From contig NW_026862342.1 in assembly GCF_026571515.1 (NCBI RefSeq), positions 1 through 64,000 of the forward strand: 64,000 nt of DNA, read 5' to 3'. Source of the stretch: Ruditapes philippinarum. Taxonomy: Eukaryota. The position numbers were made by a program, and so were the translations under genes. Shown here in pieces: positions 51,108 through 64,000 of this stretch (positions are counted from its first letter, which is position 1; each line of letters opens with the position of its first letter). Under the pieces are notes generated by a model, which worked only from the letters and a program-made list of their open reading frames with translations, had not been told where the DNA came from and made no database searches.

Positions 51108-54100
51108 ACAAATAACCAAACAATATCAACGCGTCAATAATAATTAGGTCCTATAACAGACATAATTTGATTTTTTTTACAAACACCTTTTAGATATTAC
51201 ATAATATTCATACACTTTTAATTAAGAAATAATTTAACAAATATACATGCATAATAAATATTATAACATAGTAACACAATGACAGGGTTATAAAGATATT
51301 CATTTGATCTGCAAGAAATGCTTTTATATTTGTATTGTTTCAGAATGTCAGAAAATTAAAAGAATGGATTTTAAAAGGTATTCTTTTACAAATCTTTGCA
51401 CAATTATAAGAAAATGCATTTAACTATAGCTTGTGCGTTGTTTTAGTATCACTATGACATGCTGATTTTATATTGTTACCTTTATGTTATAGCATAACGA
51501 TACGTTCGACTTGAAGAACCCAAATGAAACTTAACAAAAGAAAGACAATGAGAATCCGATAATTCCGTACACCTCCATTGTTACATGTGTTGGTGATATC
51601 AAATAAGTTGAGAGACGTATCAGCTATTACACTATTATTAACTATTTTATGTTCAACATCAAAATGCAATTATTTGGTAACCCTTATGACAAATAGAGAG
51701 ATAGAAAATAAAATATATTTCAGCCTAAAAAAAAAATCTGAAAATTATTTTAAAGCAAAATTATATTATCATTTTCGAATTTCACCGATTAAATTTACTT
51801 ACTAAAGTTAGCAGTCCGTTATATTTCAGATATACTCATTGCAACACATTTCTCTATTGATTTGAAATGTATTCATGTGAGTTTATCGTATATATACATC
51901 GCAATAATGAAGTGCCTGCTTACCAAACCGTAGAAATACTGGTTGGGTTGAATGAGCTTGACTATTATATGAGTAGAATTTTATTCTGTCTTTTCACCAA
52001 CCATTTTATTTATATCGATATTCTTTTTTAAGGAGTCACGCTGAGGTCTAAACGTCTAAAATCATAAACTTTTAAATTTTACCAAAAATCAAGTTAAATA
52101 CTTTTGAAAAAATTGCCAAAAGTACTCAGAATGAAATTCAAAATCATCAATAAGTGCAATTATCAGCCTGATGTAAGTTAAAAAAATATTTTGGGGTCAT
52201 TTTGCACAATAACAAATATATAAATAGAAACGCACGGGAATGATTTTAAAATTTGTTATCAATTTATTGAATTCAAACTATAAGAAATGGTTCAATCTTT
52301 GACACATATTTAAAGCCCAATCGTGTCAAAAACCAAGTTAGTGGTCAACTGGTAATCCATTTTAAATGTCACATTGAAAGATGAAACGAAGCTTGAAATG
52401 AATGGAACATTTTAGATAAAACACAAAAATATTTTTCAAAGCTCTAGCATCAAATTTTATATGCTTTTATATGCTCCGAAATGTTTATAATCCAACAATA
52501 CATCCAAAAAAGCGACGATACTCGAGCCGCGGATACGCTGAAATGACAGGATAATTAAGTGATATCACGACGAAACAGTAAAATAGAGAAAATATAATTT
52601 CTAAAAATTGCTCAAAATGACAAAATTGAAAATATTGCAAGCTTGGATTGATTTATCCTGTTCATGGACAGTATTAGTTACCGTCTACCGTCTAGCACCG
52701 GCTTAAGCAGAATTTCACATTTAAACACGAAAATACTGAAAGTTGTTATTTAGAAAACTTTGCAGATGTATTCATGTAGCGAAACATTTCATGTTACAAC
52801 ATCTTGACATTCCATAAAATGTGGAGTATTGTAAAAGAAAGCGTGTGCCCTAGACGAGAAAACAATTGACGAAACGAAATGGTACATAGATGATGATTAA
52901 TAAAGCGAAGTGTCGATTCGCTTAAGCGATAATATGTTAAGGCGATGACATTACGAGACGATGCATCCAAGCGAAGTGACAATAAGACAATAAAACCATG
53001 ATTTAAAAAAACGACACGATGTAAGAGCACGACCTTATTTCGCGTTTTCGCATCGTCCCTTCACTTAGCCCTATCGTCTCGTCGCTTCGGTGTTTAATAT
53101 GTATTAGAGGTCACCAATGCGAAAAAACAATGACCCAAATATAACGTCCTTTGACGACATTGTTAAAGCAACTTCTTTATATGACCTGTCACTTTAGTTT
53201 TCAATATAAGATACAACTAAATCAACAACTTACAGTTTTCATGAATCAAAACCTACTTATAAAATTACCTTATATATAAAATAACTTATCATAAACAAAC
53301 AACGCAACATACCCCAAAGACACACTTTTTAGATTAAGTCAAACTTTTATACTTCCCTCATTAGTTGTCATTTTAGATTAAGATAAATTTGATTACATAA
53401 TACTCCAATATATTAGTCACGACTATTGTCTTGCATACATACTTCAACATATTTTATTCTGAATCAGCAATAACCACACTACATGTATATACTTTCCTGG
53501 AACGTTCATTACTTGACCATCTTAATAATTTTACACACTTACCTCATCGAATTAACACATCCTGTCCTCATTTTTGATCAAAATATAAAATACCTTCATA
53601 CTTACCTGAATCTATCCTGCTAAATATTTTACAGACTTGCCCTTGCTTAATCAAACTGAGCCTGCAACATTTTTATTTTTGCCGTGTTGGGCTTTCTTTA
53701 GGATTTCTTTAGGCTATCATTTCAAACAACAAATTACTTCTTATATACTTCATAAATGTATCTTCCTATACATTAGTTACTAATGATACTAGTACGTTCC
53801 TGTTGTTTTGTTTTCCTTTCTCTATGCTTTTTTATCAGTCTTATATCCACATTTCCTATTATTTGTTCATCACTCTGAATACGTGTCATTTTCTGGCCCT
53901 TGTACAAACAAGTTGTCATTATTGGCTTTGCAAAAGTGTTTACTAGCTATAAATGCTTTCTCATAAGTCTTATATCAAAGTGAACACTTGCGAAGCGTTC
54001 ATGAAATCATACAAATAAATATGTCACTTCATTTTCCAATTTCTTTTCATGTTTTATTTTTTTTTGAATTTATATGTAGTAACCCATTTTATGTTGTTCT

Positions 54101-54204
54101 ATGCATTATTGACTATACTCAAAAAGCTGTTGATCGTCAGATTTACTTCAAGAAAGGTAATAACATTCATCACTAGCGTTTATAGAAACATACAAATTAC
54201 CGCT

Positions 54205-54600
54205 AATAGTTGTGTGCCTCCACTTAAAGGTGGGGGCATTTAGATTTACTCTTGTCCGTCCATCTGTCCGTCGTTTGCTTTTGTGTCGCATGTAACTCAA
54301 AAAGTATTTGTCAAAGAGTCATTTAACTTAAGAGGAATGTTAATCAGATGTGCAGTTATGCACCTGGATATTTTCGTGTGGATTTATTTAGTATTTTTAG
54401 AGTTATTGCCTTTGACTTTGTAAAAATTTTCAATTTTCAACTTGTATTGCACGTAACTAAAAAGGTATTTGACCTAGAGTCATGACACTTTACAGGAATG
54501 TTGATCAGCATGTGTAGTTGTGTACCTAGGTATTTTCGTGTGGATTTATGTAGTATTTGTAGAGTTATTGTCCTTTATTAAGTAAAATTTTGCAATTTTG
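54205..54600. mobile_element. Helentron/HINE-like element
   Basis: Hairpin head TGCCTCCAC..GTGGGGGCA, (GTCC)n, two ~165-bp tandem units; absent from copy 1. Confidence 0.6.
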
Positions 54601-57436
54601 AAGTACGGGGAAACTTTTTACAGCTGCCACACAGCACTTTACACCTGCTGTTGTGAAGCATAAAAATCTGGAAACAATGTGATCTCTCGGAAGCATTAAT
54701 CACAAGAAAATTACAACAGAATTACTGACTCGATTTGTTTGAGTCTGTATATGAGGAATAATGACTACGTGCAACATCCCTTACGCACCCTAGAACCGGC
54801 TTTAGCGGTTCTCCGCAACAAAGGTGTTTTGGCATAGTTTGGGTATATGAACATGCTGACTATGAAGCATTACGTGAAGATATAAATAACTTTGTACAGG
54901 AAAACTGAATTGATGCAGAAGTTAGCATCTATGCCAATAAGGTAATCAATAAGATACAAACTTTCGCTAAAAATAACATCCCTAACAAATTGATTTAAGT
55001 AAGACCGTTAGATGTTCTTTGGATGACAAATTCAATCAGAGTTAATATCCATACAACGGAGAGTACATAAAATATGCATGCTTTATATTTGACAAATGAA
55101 AAATAAACAATAATTGATGTTGTTATAATTCTTCATTTTTATCTGATAATTCGAAATAAACAAATAAAAAAATGCATTAAAGAACAAGAGTACGCAGATT
55201 ACAATGTTAAAGCTTAACTATCAATTGATCAGACTCTCATTTATTGTTAATTTTCCAAAAATAAGATGTCGCCGTTGTTCCTTTTAGAAACGCAAATAAG
55301 TTTGGTTGGAACTATGTCATACATCGTGATATCTTAATATTTTAAAATGTTTGTATTAAAATTATTGTATGTGAATCGTAGTAAAATTTAAAGAATTATA
55401 ATAAAGTCATATACAGTTATGATACAACAAAATTATATAAAACAGGATTGAAAAGGAATCCAAAGACTTACGTAGATTTTTTCCTGTTAATTGTAAAAAT
55501 AAAGCCAATAATAATGTAACAACACGTACAGGTACACCAGTTACTAACATGAAATAATTGCATTATTACACATAGAAAAAATGAGATAAGAAATGAAAAT
55601 ACAACAAACGACGGAAAAAGTGAGAGTTACTATTAATGTGTGCTTTATATAAAGAGGGTACTAGAAGAAGAAGAAGAAAGAAGAAAAGCTCGATTTTAAG
55701 TATAAACAAATATTTTCTACTTATTGATATTCAAGAATTATAGTAAAGAAAAAGTATAGATAGAAGAATAGTTATAGAACTCAAAGAATGAGATGTGGCC
55801 ATTGTCTTTGAGAGGGATGATTGAACAGTTATGTGATACATGTAGTTTTATATAAAAAATGGAATTTTTACATATGTTTCAACATAAATTATGTTAATTT
55901 AATTTGTGAAGAAATTGATATAAAGAATTATGATGTGATATTTTGTTTTCTTTAAATCGAACCATTCCTATAGCTGATATATCAGTTTTGCATAAAATGG
56001 ATGCCATCTTGGATTATGAAGAGGTATGAATGCGGAATATTGTAAGATTTAAATTTTGTAAAGGGCACTTTATACATGCTTAAGCTTAAGTTTAACACTA
56101 TGAGAAACTAAGTAACTTTTTTTAAATTTTGAACATACATGTAGACCTATGAGAAAACCATGTTAGAGAAAAGTGCAAATATTGTCACTTTTCCTTTAAT
56201 ATTTTTCAAAAATATTTTTTATTTTGAAAGACAAACTTAAAAAGCTTTACTTACAATTTGATTTTCACATAATTTGATTGTTTTCTATACGTTTAAATAT
56301 TTTGTCTTATCGAAAAATTCAAAATATGTGATTCAAATTATGCTACAAAAGAGATGTATCAGTTTTACATGAAATCGGCGGCTATATTGGGCGCTATCAT
56401 GACTTCTGAAGAGGTATGAAAGCGGAATATCTTAGAGATTTAAGTTTTTGTAAAGGAGAAACATTAAACATGTTTAAGCGAAAGTTTAAGGTCTTTACAC
56501 GAATTTTGTCTGAATGAAATGTTAATTTATAAAACGGCCATTTAAAAATGGTGGCCATCTTGAATGAGCAGAAATATTTTTCGGCCCACTTCATTTTTGA
56601 AATCTACATGGTCTAAAGATAATTTCCTAAAAGTATCATATTTGTATCACCATTTGCACTATTTTCTCAATTTCCCGCCCACTATATATGTGTGGATATG
56701 TTTCCTGTCTCATTATTCGATTTAAATTGAATATATCTAAACGTATTTGATTAAAATTTCTTAATAATAAAACAATAATGATAATAATAATGCTAATGAT
56801 GATGATATCTTTATTTAAAGAAAGTAACACATGAAAATTTACCATCGTAAAGAACAAATAATATATCTTAACTTTAAATTTACATTTAAAAACACACACA
56901 AAAAACAACATCACCAAACAATAACAACTATTCCATTGTGTCAATTTTAATTTGGTCCTTTAAGAAACATAATTTAATTTGTTTGTCAACACACCTTTAA
57001 GATATTACATATCATTCATACAATTTTAAGTTCCAAATAATTTAACAAATACATGGATAAAAATATTATAAGATAGTAACGTAAAGATTTATAAAGATTG
57101 TTTTTTCTTTTTGTTTTAACTGCAAGATGTATTTATATATATATATTTATTTAAAGATGTCAGATAATTAGAAGAAAGGATTTTTAAATTGTATTTCATT
57201 CAAAATCTTTTATGCATAATTATATTTTGATTTACCGATTAAGTTGATAAAATTTCACTTACTCAACTAAACAGTCCTTTATATCTTAAAATACTTGTTG
57301 CAGCGCATTTCTGTATTAATTTGATATGTATTTTATTTGAGTTTACTATATATTTACAGTCCGCCAAAATTTGTCTGCCAATTAAATCGCTCTATTTTGT
57401 TTAGATTTTGCCGAAATATTTACCAAACGGTGCTTT

Positions 57437-58007
57437 ACACATACAATGTATTTTCGATCCTTGAAGATCGTTCAGCACGACATTTATGTTGTGCTTGTGG
57501 TATTTTTAGTTTCAACTTTTCGGCATTTTCTAGTTGGGTTGTTCCAATATTCCTACTTGAATAATGTTGAATCACCCTTAGGATATGTTGCCTGCTTTTT
57601 AAATTTGTCGTTTGACGTCTTATCTGTGATACGCAGGTTTCATAAGCTCTGAACCCTTTCAATATTCCATTTTATTTAGTTCCGCCCATTGTTTTCTCGT
57701 TTAGGGCACACGCTTTTTATTACTTGGGGACCATACGCCACTTTTCATGGAATGGCACGGAAGTGTCACATTGAAAGTTCCATGATAACCGCCGTATGAA
57801 CACATCTGCGGATGTTTCTAAATTCAAAATTTTACTATTTCATGTTTATATGTTGAATTCTGCTTAAGCCGATGTTAGGGGATGTGGACGATACCTTGCA
57901 ATTTCCAGTACCATCCATGAACAGGCTTAATCAAGCAGAGCCTGCAACATTTTCAGTTTTGCTGTGTTGGGCTTTCTTTAGGGATTCTGTATTTATTTAT
58001 TTTGATT
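57437..58007 (+). mobile_element. Copy-2-specific insertion of a ~570-bp interspersed repeat
   Basis: Interrupts the sequence seen uninterrupted at 31488-31511 (GTGCTTTAACA|CAACTGTTTGT); homologous to 2118-2670; ends in TATTTATTTATTT. Confidence 0.7.
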
Positions 58008-60256
58008 CAACTGTTTGTATTGAATTTATATGTAAAATGAGCCTAGTTAATTGACTCCACATACTCGCTCGATTATTGATTTCTTATAACCATGTCTTCA
58101 CACATCGCAATAATGTAGTGGCTGCTTACCAAACCGTAGAAATATTGGTTTGGTGAGCTTAACTATTATATGAGTATAATTTTACTTTTCACCGACCATA
58201 TGACAATAATATACATATTTATAAAATTTTGTAAAGGGAAATAAACAAATATACTCAGAATTAAAGTCGTAAATCAATAGTTAGTGCAATTATCAGTCTG
58301 ATTTGAGTGAAAAGCGTTGTAACATTTTACCTTTTAGATCATTTTGCACAAGAAAAAAAATCTGGAAGAAAAACGTTCTGGAAAGTTTTGAAAATTTGCT
58401 AACAAGTTTTTGGTTCAAACCTATAAGAAATGGTACACAAATCTCGATAAGATTTTGCAAGTCCCATCATGTCAAAAAACTAATCTCTTTAAGAAACGAC
58501 AGAAAGGCATTACCAGTTTGAATACGATACGTGCCGTCTCATGTTAGGTGTAAATGGAGTTTGAAATGACTGTTGCATACTCCATATTTAATAAATCACC
58601 GATATGGTCAATTATGGAACAATTAATATAAAACACAGAAAGCGTTTTTGAAAGCTCGTGCATAAAATTACTGAACACTCATATTTTCTGAACTGTTCAT
58701 TATATTCTTAACTTTAAAATAAAAAGTGGAAAGAAACGTATACATTTACATAATTGTTTACATTACTTAACAAACAGATAATAAAAATCGACAAAGACTT
58801 GATCTTCTAATTTGTTCCAACAGTCTACTTGTATTACTTATTAATATGTTCGAAACTACCGGGCTAGGTTGCGGGCATTTTTTCGTCGCACCACTTACCC
58901 AAATAAATACAAAAACGCCGAAGCGACGAAACTATACACTGACGTAATTCAGGAATACATCGAAGCGACGATACAATACAAAGAGACGTAACTGTACTGT
59001 AACCAAGTACGCATAGTGACATCATTGGATATGGATAGCGATATCACCGAAACAAAAACACGAAACGAGAAAGCGATGATACGACGAAAAACTAAAGCGA
59101 CGAGATGATTCAGCGATATCACGACGTGACGATAAAATAGAGAAAAACGGAATATTTAAAGAACGCCCAAAATTACAAAACTGGAAATATTGCAGGTTCA
59201 GTTTTATCTAACCTGTTCACGGCCGGTACTGGAATCTGCAAGTAACCGTTATGCCCCATAGCACCGGCTGAAGCAGAAGTAAACAGAGTGAAATTTTGAA
59301 GTAAAAAGAAATAAGAATTGTTTTGTTGCTTCCGCGCAACGTCACTTCGCTTTAGAGCAACATCTGTGTGCTGTCTAGTCTCGTGTAGGACACATGCTTG
59401 CATTAACATGGAAGTCAAACATTATGAATGGCCCCAAAAGTGTCAAAAATTGAAGGTTCCGTTAAACCCGCCGATAGGACACATCTTTCGAAAGTTTTAA
59501 ATTCCCAAAATTCAACCAAAACGGTTAAAGAGCTAATTAATGGTGCGTACGAAGATAGATCTCATGGCCACGAGTTAGGTTGTGCGCACGAGATAATCAG
59601 CCAATCAGATTACACTATACATTTGAATTTTCTTAATTAACTAGAAATGCACTATAGGACAATGCTTACCCTATTTCACCTGCCTGTCAGAGTGCTATTT
59701 ATCAAAGTTATTGATTGGACAAACAACAGTTTATTTCTTTTCTCCTTTTAATATATTTTAACTGCAATCAACTTCTGCCACACTGCCACACCATTTTAAC
59801 CCTAGAATTAGAGCTTGTCCTCACGGTTTCAAATATGATAAACAAGATCAACAAGGAAAGGCGGCGTTCAATAAACGCAACCCCCACACGACTCAGCATC
59901 AAGATAAAGTGGCAAGTAGTCCATGGGACCCCAAAGAAAAACAGGACAGGGCGCACACAAGGGGAAACGAGGACGTTGTACATAAGCTCTTACCTAGTAA
60001 AGTTCAAGCAAGATAGATGGATAAACAGTATAACGACTATATGCTCATTTCATTTATAAATATTCATTCTTGCAGTAAAAATCAACTGTGTTTTTAAATT
60101 AGAAATAATGTTTATTTAGTAAATATTTCACTGAAATCACGCGTCTATGATACAAAACAGTTACGTCATCGAGTATTATATCAAATAAGCAAACTTATTA
60201 TCAGCAAAATACACAACAAAACCACAAATTGCTATGCTTTTATTGATAAAAAAGTT

Positions 60257-62854
60257 TTATGGATAGACACCAACTTCACACAATGTTAAAGCAGTATCGC
60301 TGTATTTTTCTATCTTCACAAACTGTCCGAAGAGCGGTGTCGAGCACGAGATTTCGACAAGTTCTCCTTTACCACCAGGACCCATAAATCTTCCACACTG
60401 TTTCATCTGACCTTCTACATCCCCAACAGTTACTGTCACATTGTTCAATCGTTCCGCTAAAAACATAATCAATTCTATAAAAATTGAACAAAAACACACT
60501 GAAGCATGATTCTCAAGTATTTTATCATGTATTGAGCAGTGATGTCTTTTTATATTCAAGGTCGTGCGCACGAGAAACTATGTCGTGGCCACGAGCTTCC
60601 ATTTTTTTTATTTTTTTTTTTATTTATAAACAAAACTCATGGCCCTTAAGGGAATTGTACGCTCGATATACTATGTCATGGCCATAGTCGTATGCACGAG
60701 ATAATCAACCAATCAGATTACACTATACATTTGAATTTTTATAGTTATTTAGAAAAATGCCCATCGGTTTTCCCTTTTATATTTAAGACATTGTATTAAA
60801 GCTTAAAATGGGAATACCTCCAATGTTTCAAAGATTTTGTTCCATGTTAAAACTTAAACCAGGAATTTTTAAATTTTAAAAAACTAAATGTTTATTATAA
60901 ATATGTAAATTGTTATCTGATTTGGTTTTAATGAAATCTTTGTTCCCCGACTTAGTCTCGTGGCCCAGGACTAGTATCTCGTGTGCGCTCCGCTTGGAAC
61001 TCGTGGCCACAACCCATAGTAAGCTGCGTTCACCACTTAATTACTGCTTCCCCATAACTTTTTATTAAACTGTGGGCAGACATAGTATAATATCCGTGCG
61101 CCACAAATTCATCCTTTCGTGTGGCATAACCCTAAGTAATGGGGGCCAAACGTCAAAGTATTCGTGCTGCACTTAATTTATCTCTAGGCCCGACTAAAAT
61201 TATTTGCAACTCGAGATAAAACAAGCACGCACACATGACACCATTGTTTCACAGTAATTTTATATACATGAATAAGATTTCATTAGATTATTGACATCTG
61301 TATTCAAACTGACAATATACAATTGATATTCATAACTTATGTTATAAATCATTCACAGAAGATTTTTATGCTCGTTTGTGGTATGAACATAATGCTGTCG
61401 TCGTCAGGTATCAATGTAAACATTAGTTAAGACTGTATTCGTATGTTTGTGCAATCAGAAATTTGTATAACGAATTTTTAATTATGAAAACTCTCTTTGG
61501 CGAGAGGTTCATTTACTAAACAGCAACATGGAAACGCAGTAAAGAAAATGATGTCAGACATATATGATTAAATAACGTCATTATGTATTGCAACGTTGTC
61601 ATTTATGTTTTCGTCAATTATGTTACTTCTGACTTTAACATGACAAAGTTTTAATAGGAGTTCAAGACTATTAAGCATCGTTCGGTAGGGTAACGCAACA
61701 AACTTTTATCCATATATTGATATGCTTTGCTTTTTGGACCAAATATATATAGATGCTTACCTTTACATTGATGCGATACGATAGAGTATTATGTAACTGA
61801 AAGAACATAGAAACATGAGGCTATCTGATTGGTGTGCCGAGTGTTTTGATGTTTTTTGTCATAATATGAAACCCCAGGAAAAAAACACTAAAGAAGCATC
61901 TGAATATGATATTTCTATTCCTATCCATTTCTCTTTCGTCACAATAAGTAAACCTAAGAAAAATAAGCCATTCAATGGGCATGCTCTGGAGTGCCAGTAA
62001 GTATTTGATTTCTGCACTCCAGTTATCGCACTGTTTATGAATATGTTAAGGTTTTATAATAAACTCTGATATAAATTTCAACCAAAATGTCACCAAACTA
62101 TGATATAAGAAACAAATTCACTTCAGTATTGGTCACCATGATAGAACCATCCATTTATGAAAAAATTTGCTGAACAGCACTCTGGATTCAGACACACGGT
62201 CCGAGTTGCAAGTGTTCCGAAGTCAATGAGATTAACTACCCGGCTACGTAGGCTGCTCTGGTTAAGTTACTGTCAGTCAGTTACATATATACGCTTAGAA
62301 AGCAATTGATGAACCGATATTTTACCGACATTAATGTTTGTTCCCGGTGTGTATTGAATAGTTTTCTATTCTATATAGGAGTTAAAGACAGGTTACCTGT
62401 ACTAACCGACATTTAGTCTCAATGCATGGATCCCTTTTCAGATAAGCGGATACAATAAGAATTCAACACAACCATTTTGTTAACAATAGAGCACATGTCA
62501 ATGTTTCTGGTTAAATTTATTGTTATCCAAATAACAACACAAAGTAGGAAAAAGCACATTAACGTTCTGAAAGCATATATAAGTATATTGATATCTTACC
62601 GCAACAATCACCTCTATTCAAAATTGTGATTCTTCTCACAAGTTTTGTTTTTTCTAAGTTGACCATCCACCAGTGATGTTTACTTCTTTGGAGAGTATGT
62701 GAGCATTGGAATTGCGTTTTACTTTTATCTAACATATTTGAATTCCAAACTCCATCTACAGCATAATCCGACGATGCATTGCCTCCGATTGCCCTGTGTA
62801 ATGTCGAGCTCTGGTTGGAAGGTTTGTGTTTTGCCAAATTATTATGGGACATAT
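60257..62854 (-). CDS. F-type lectin paralog, last two exons (62600-62854, 60257-60456); 5' exon outside the window
   Basis: Same exon lengths and phases as copy 1, open frames, CSHT..NRGDCC|AERL motif intact. Confidence 0.88.
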
Positions 62855-64000
62855 CTTTAATTTAAAAGATAATCAATATTTGTATATATGTAATCTTTAA
62901 AAAATTGTGAAGTGCTTCATCTTAACAGTCATTGAAGTCTTTGATATTTATGGTACACGTCATAACTTTTATCTTAATATCTAACAGTATATATGAGCGT
63001 TGTAACTTCATGTATTATTCAGAAAATTATTAAATCGCATATCATTTATAATTGTAAACATATAAAGCAACTTGTCATGAAAACAACAAAGTTGTTCAAC
63101 TAATGACTTATTACATCCCATTACTAAAATAATTCAGCATGCATATAAAACAATGAGAATATGAAATGTCAAATGCCCTCTCTCTTACCTTTAAAAGACA
63201 GTAAAAATGTAACCATTATAACATTTTAAAGATGTATAAATAACTTTATTTAATAAAGTTATTGTTATCTTTAAAGTTATTGAATATCGAGGATTTAGGA
63301 CCAAATTGGGCCCTATATTGCTCACCGAAGACACACTGCTTGTATAAGACATATAATGGTCATATGGGCTAAAACATATGTCATTGGGTACAAATATAGG
63401 GCAACTGATTTCAAAGTTCAAAACAACATCTTAAATTGTGGACATAGTCAAAATTACGTAGCTGTAGCTATTCATATTACTAAGTAGATCTCTCTGTCAA
63501 AATCTTTATCAATGTTCAAATCTGCATCTAAAACATAGTTGTATTTCAAATTTCAGTGCTGAATCTCTCATTACACGGTCACGTGGTCAAAATTCGGTCA
63601 AAGATGAATTCTGCATCTAAAACTGTATGTACATACCAAATATCATTACTGTAGTTCTAGTAACAAAAAAGTAAGTCATTAGCTTAAAATTTTGGGCATC
63701 TCGTGTCAATGTTCAGTTCTTAATCTGAAAGTGTGCATATAGTCCAAAAGTTAAAGTTGTAGCTTACAATATAAAAAAGGAGGTCATGACCTAATTTCTA
63801 AGCTCTTGACTGTACCGGAGAAAATTTAAGGTCCAACTTAATACATACAAGGAAAATCAATGACCCAGTGTGAGGCCAATTTTGCCCTTCGTACTATAAT
63901 TTGAAGAAGACACACTAGACAATATTGCATACCAAATATCTAACCTCGGGCTCTTGCAGTTTATGTCGCTTATGAGGTCAAGATTTTTAAAAATCATTTT

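Larger units (their letters stand above)
42525..64000. repeat. Copy 2 of the tandem segmental duplication (copy 1 about 12917-39300)
   Basis: Collinear Kv 5' region, LINE, PTS, minisatellite and lectin exons; offsets of ~29.6 kb before and ~25.3 kb after the transposon. Confidence 0.95.

Overview
AT-rich, repeat-dense eukaryotic DNA with spliceosomal introns; the repeat landscape suggests a bivalve mollusc (inference). About 12.9-39.7 kb and 42.5-64 kb are two diverged copies of a tandem segmental duplication. Each unit carries the 5' end of a Shaw/Shab-like Kv channel gene (complete only in copy 1), a PTS gene with an intronless CDS and a spliced F-type lectin gene, all on the minus strand. 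The standout is a ~5.8-kb ISL2EU/PHIS-like DNA transposon (14547-20362, 12-16 bp TIRs) whose empty site is preserved in the paralogous copy. It encodes a 4-exon THAP-DDE transposase (+) and a 4-exon SWIM-YqaJ exonuclease (-). The two genes are mutually interleaved: each gene's catalytic last exon sits in the other's last intron, and the transposase stop codon adjoins an antisense splice donor. Also present are mariner and Tc1 remnants, LINE remnants, a tRNA-derived SINE with TSD, CACTA-like and Kolobok-like MITEs, Helentron-like repeats, palindromic repeats and satellites. Some stretches show homopolymer noise, so single-base frameshifts may be assembly errors. All alignments were done by eye.
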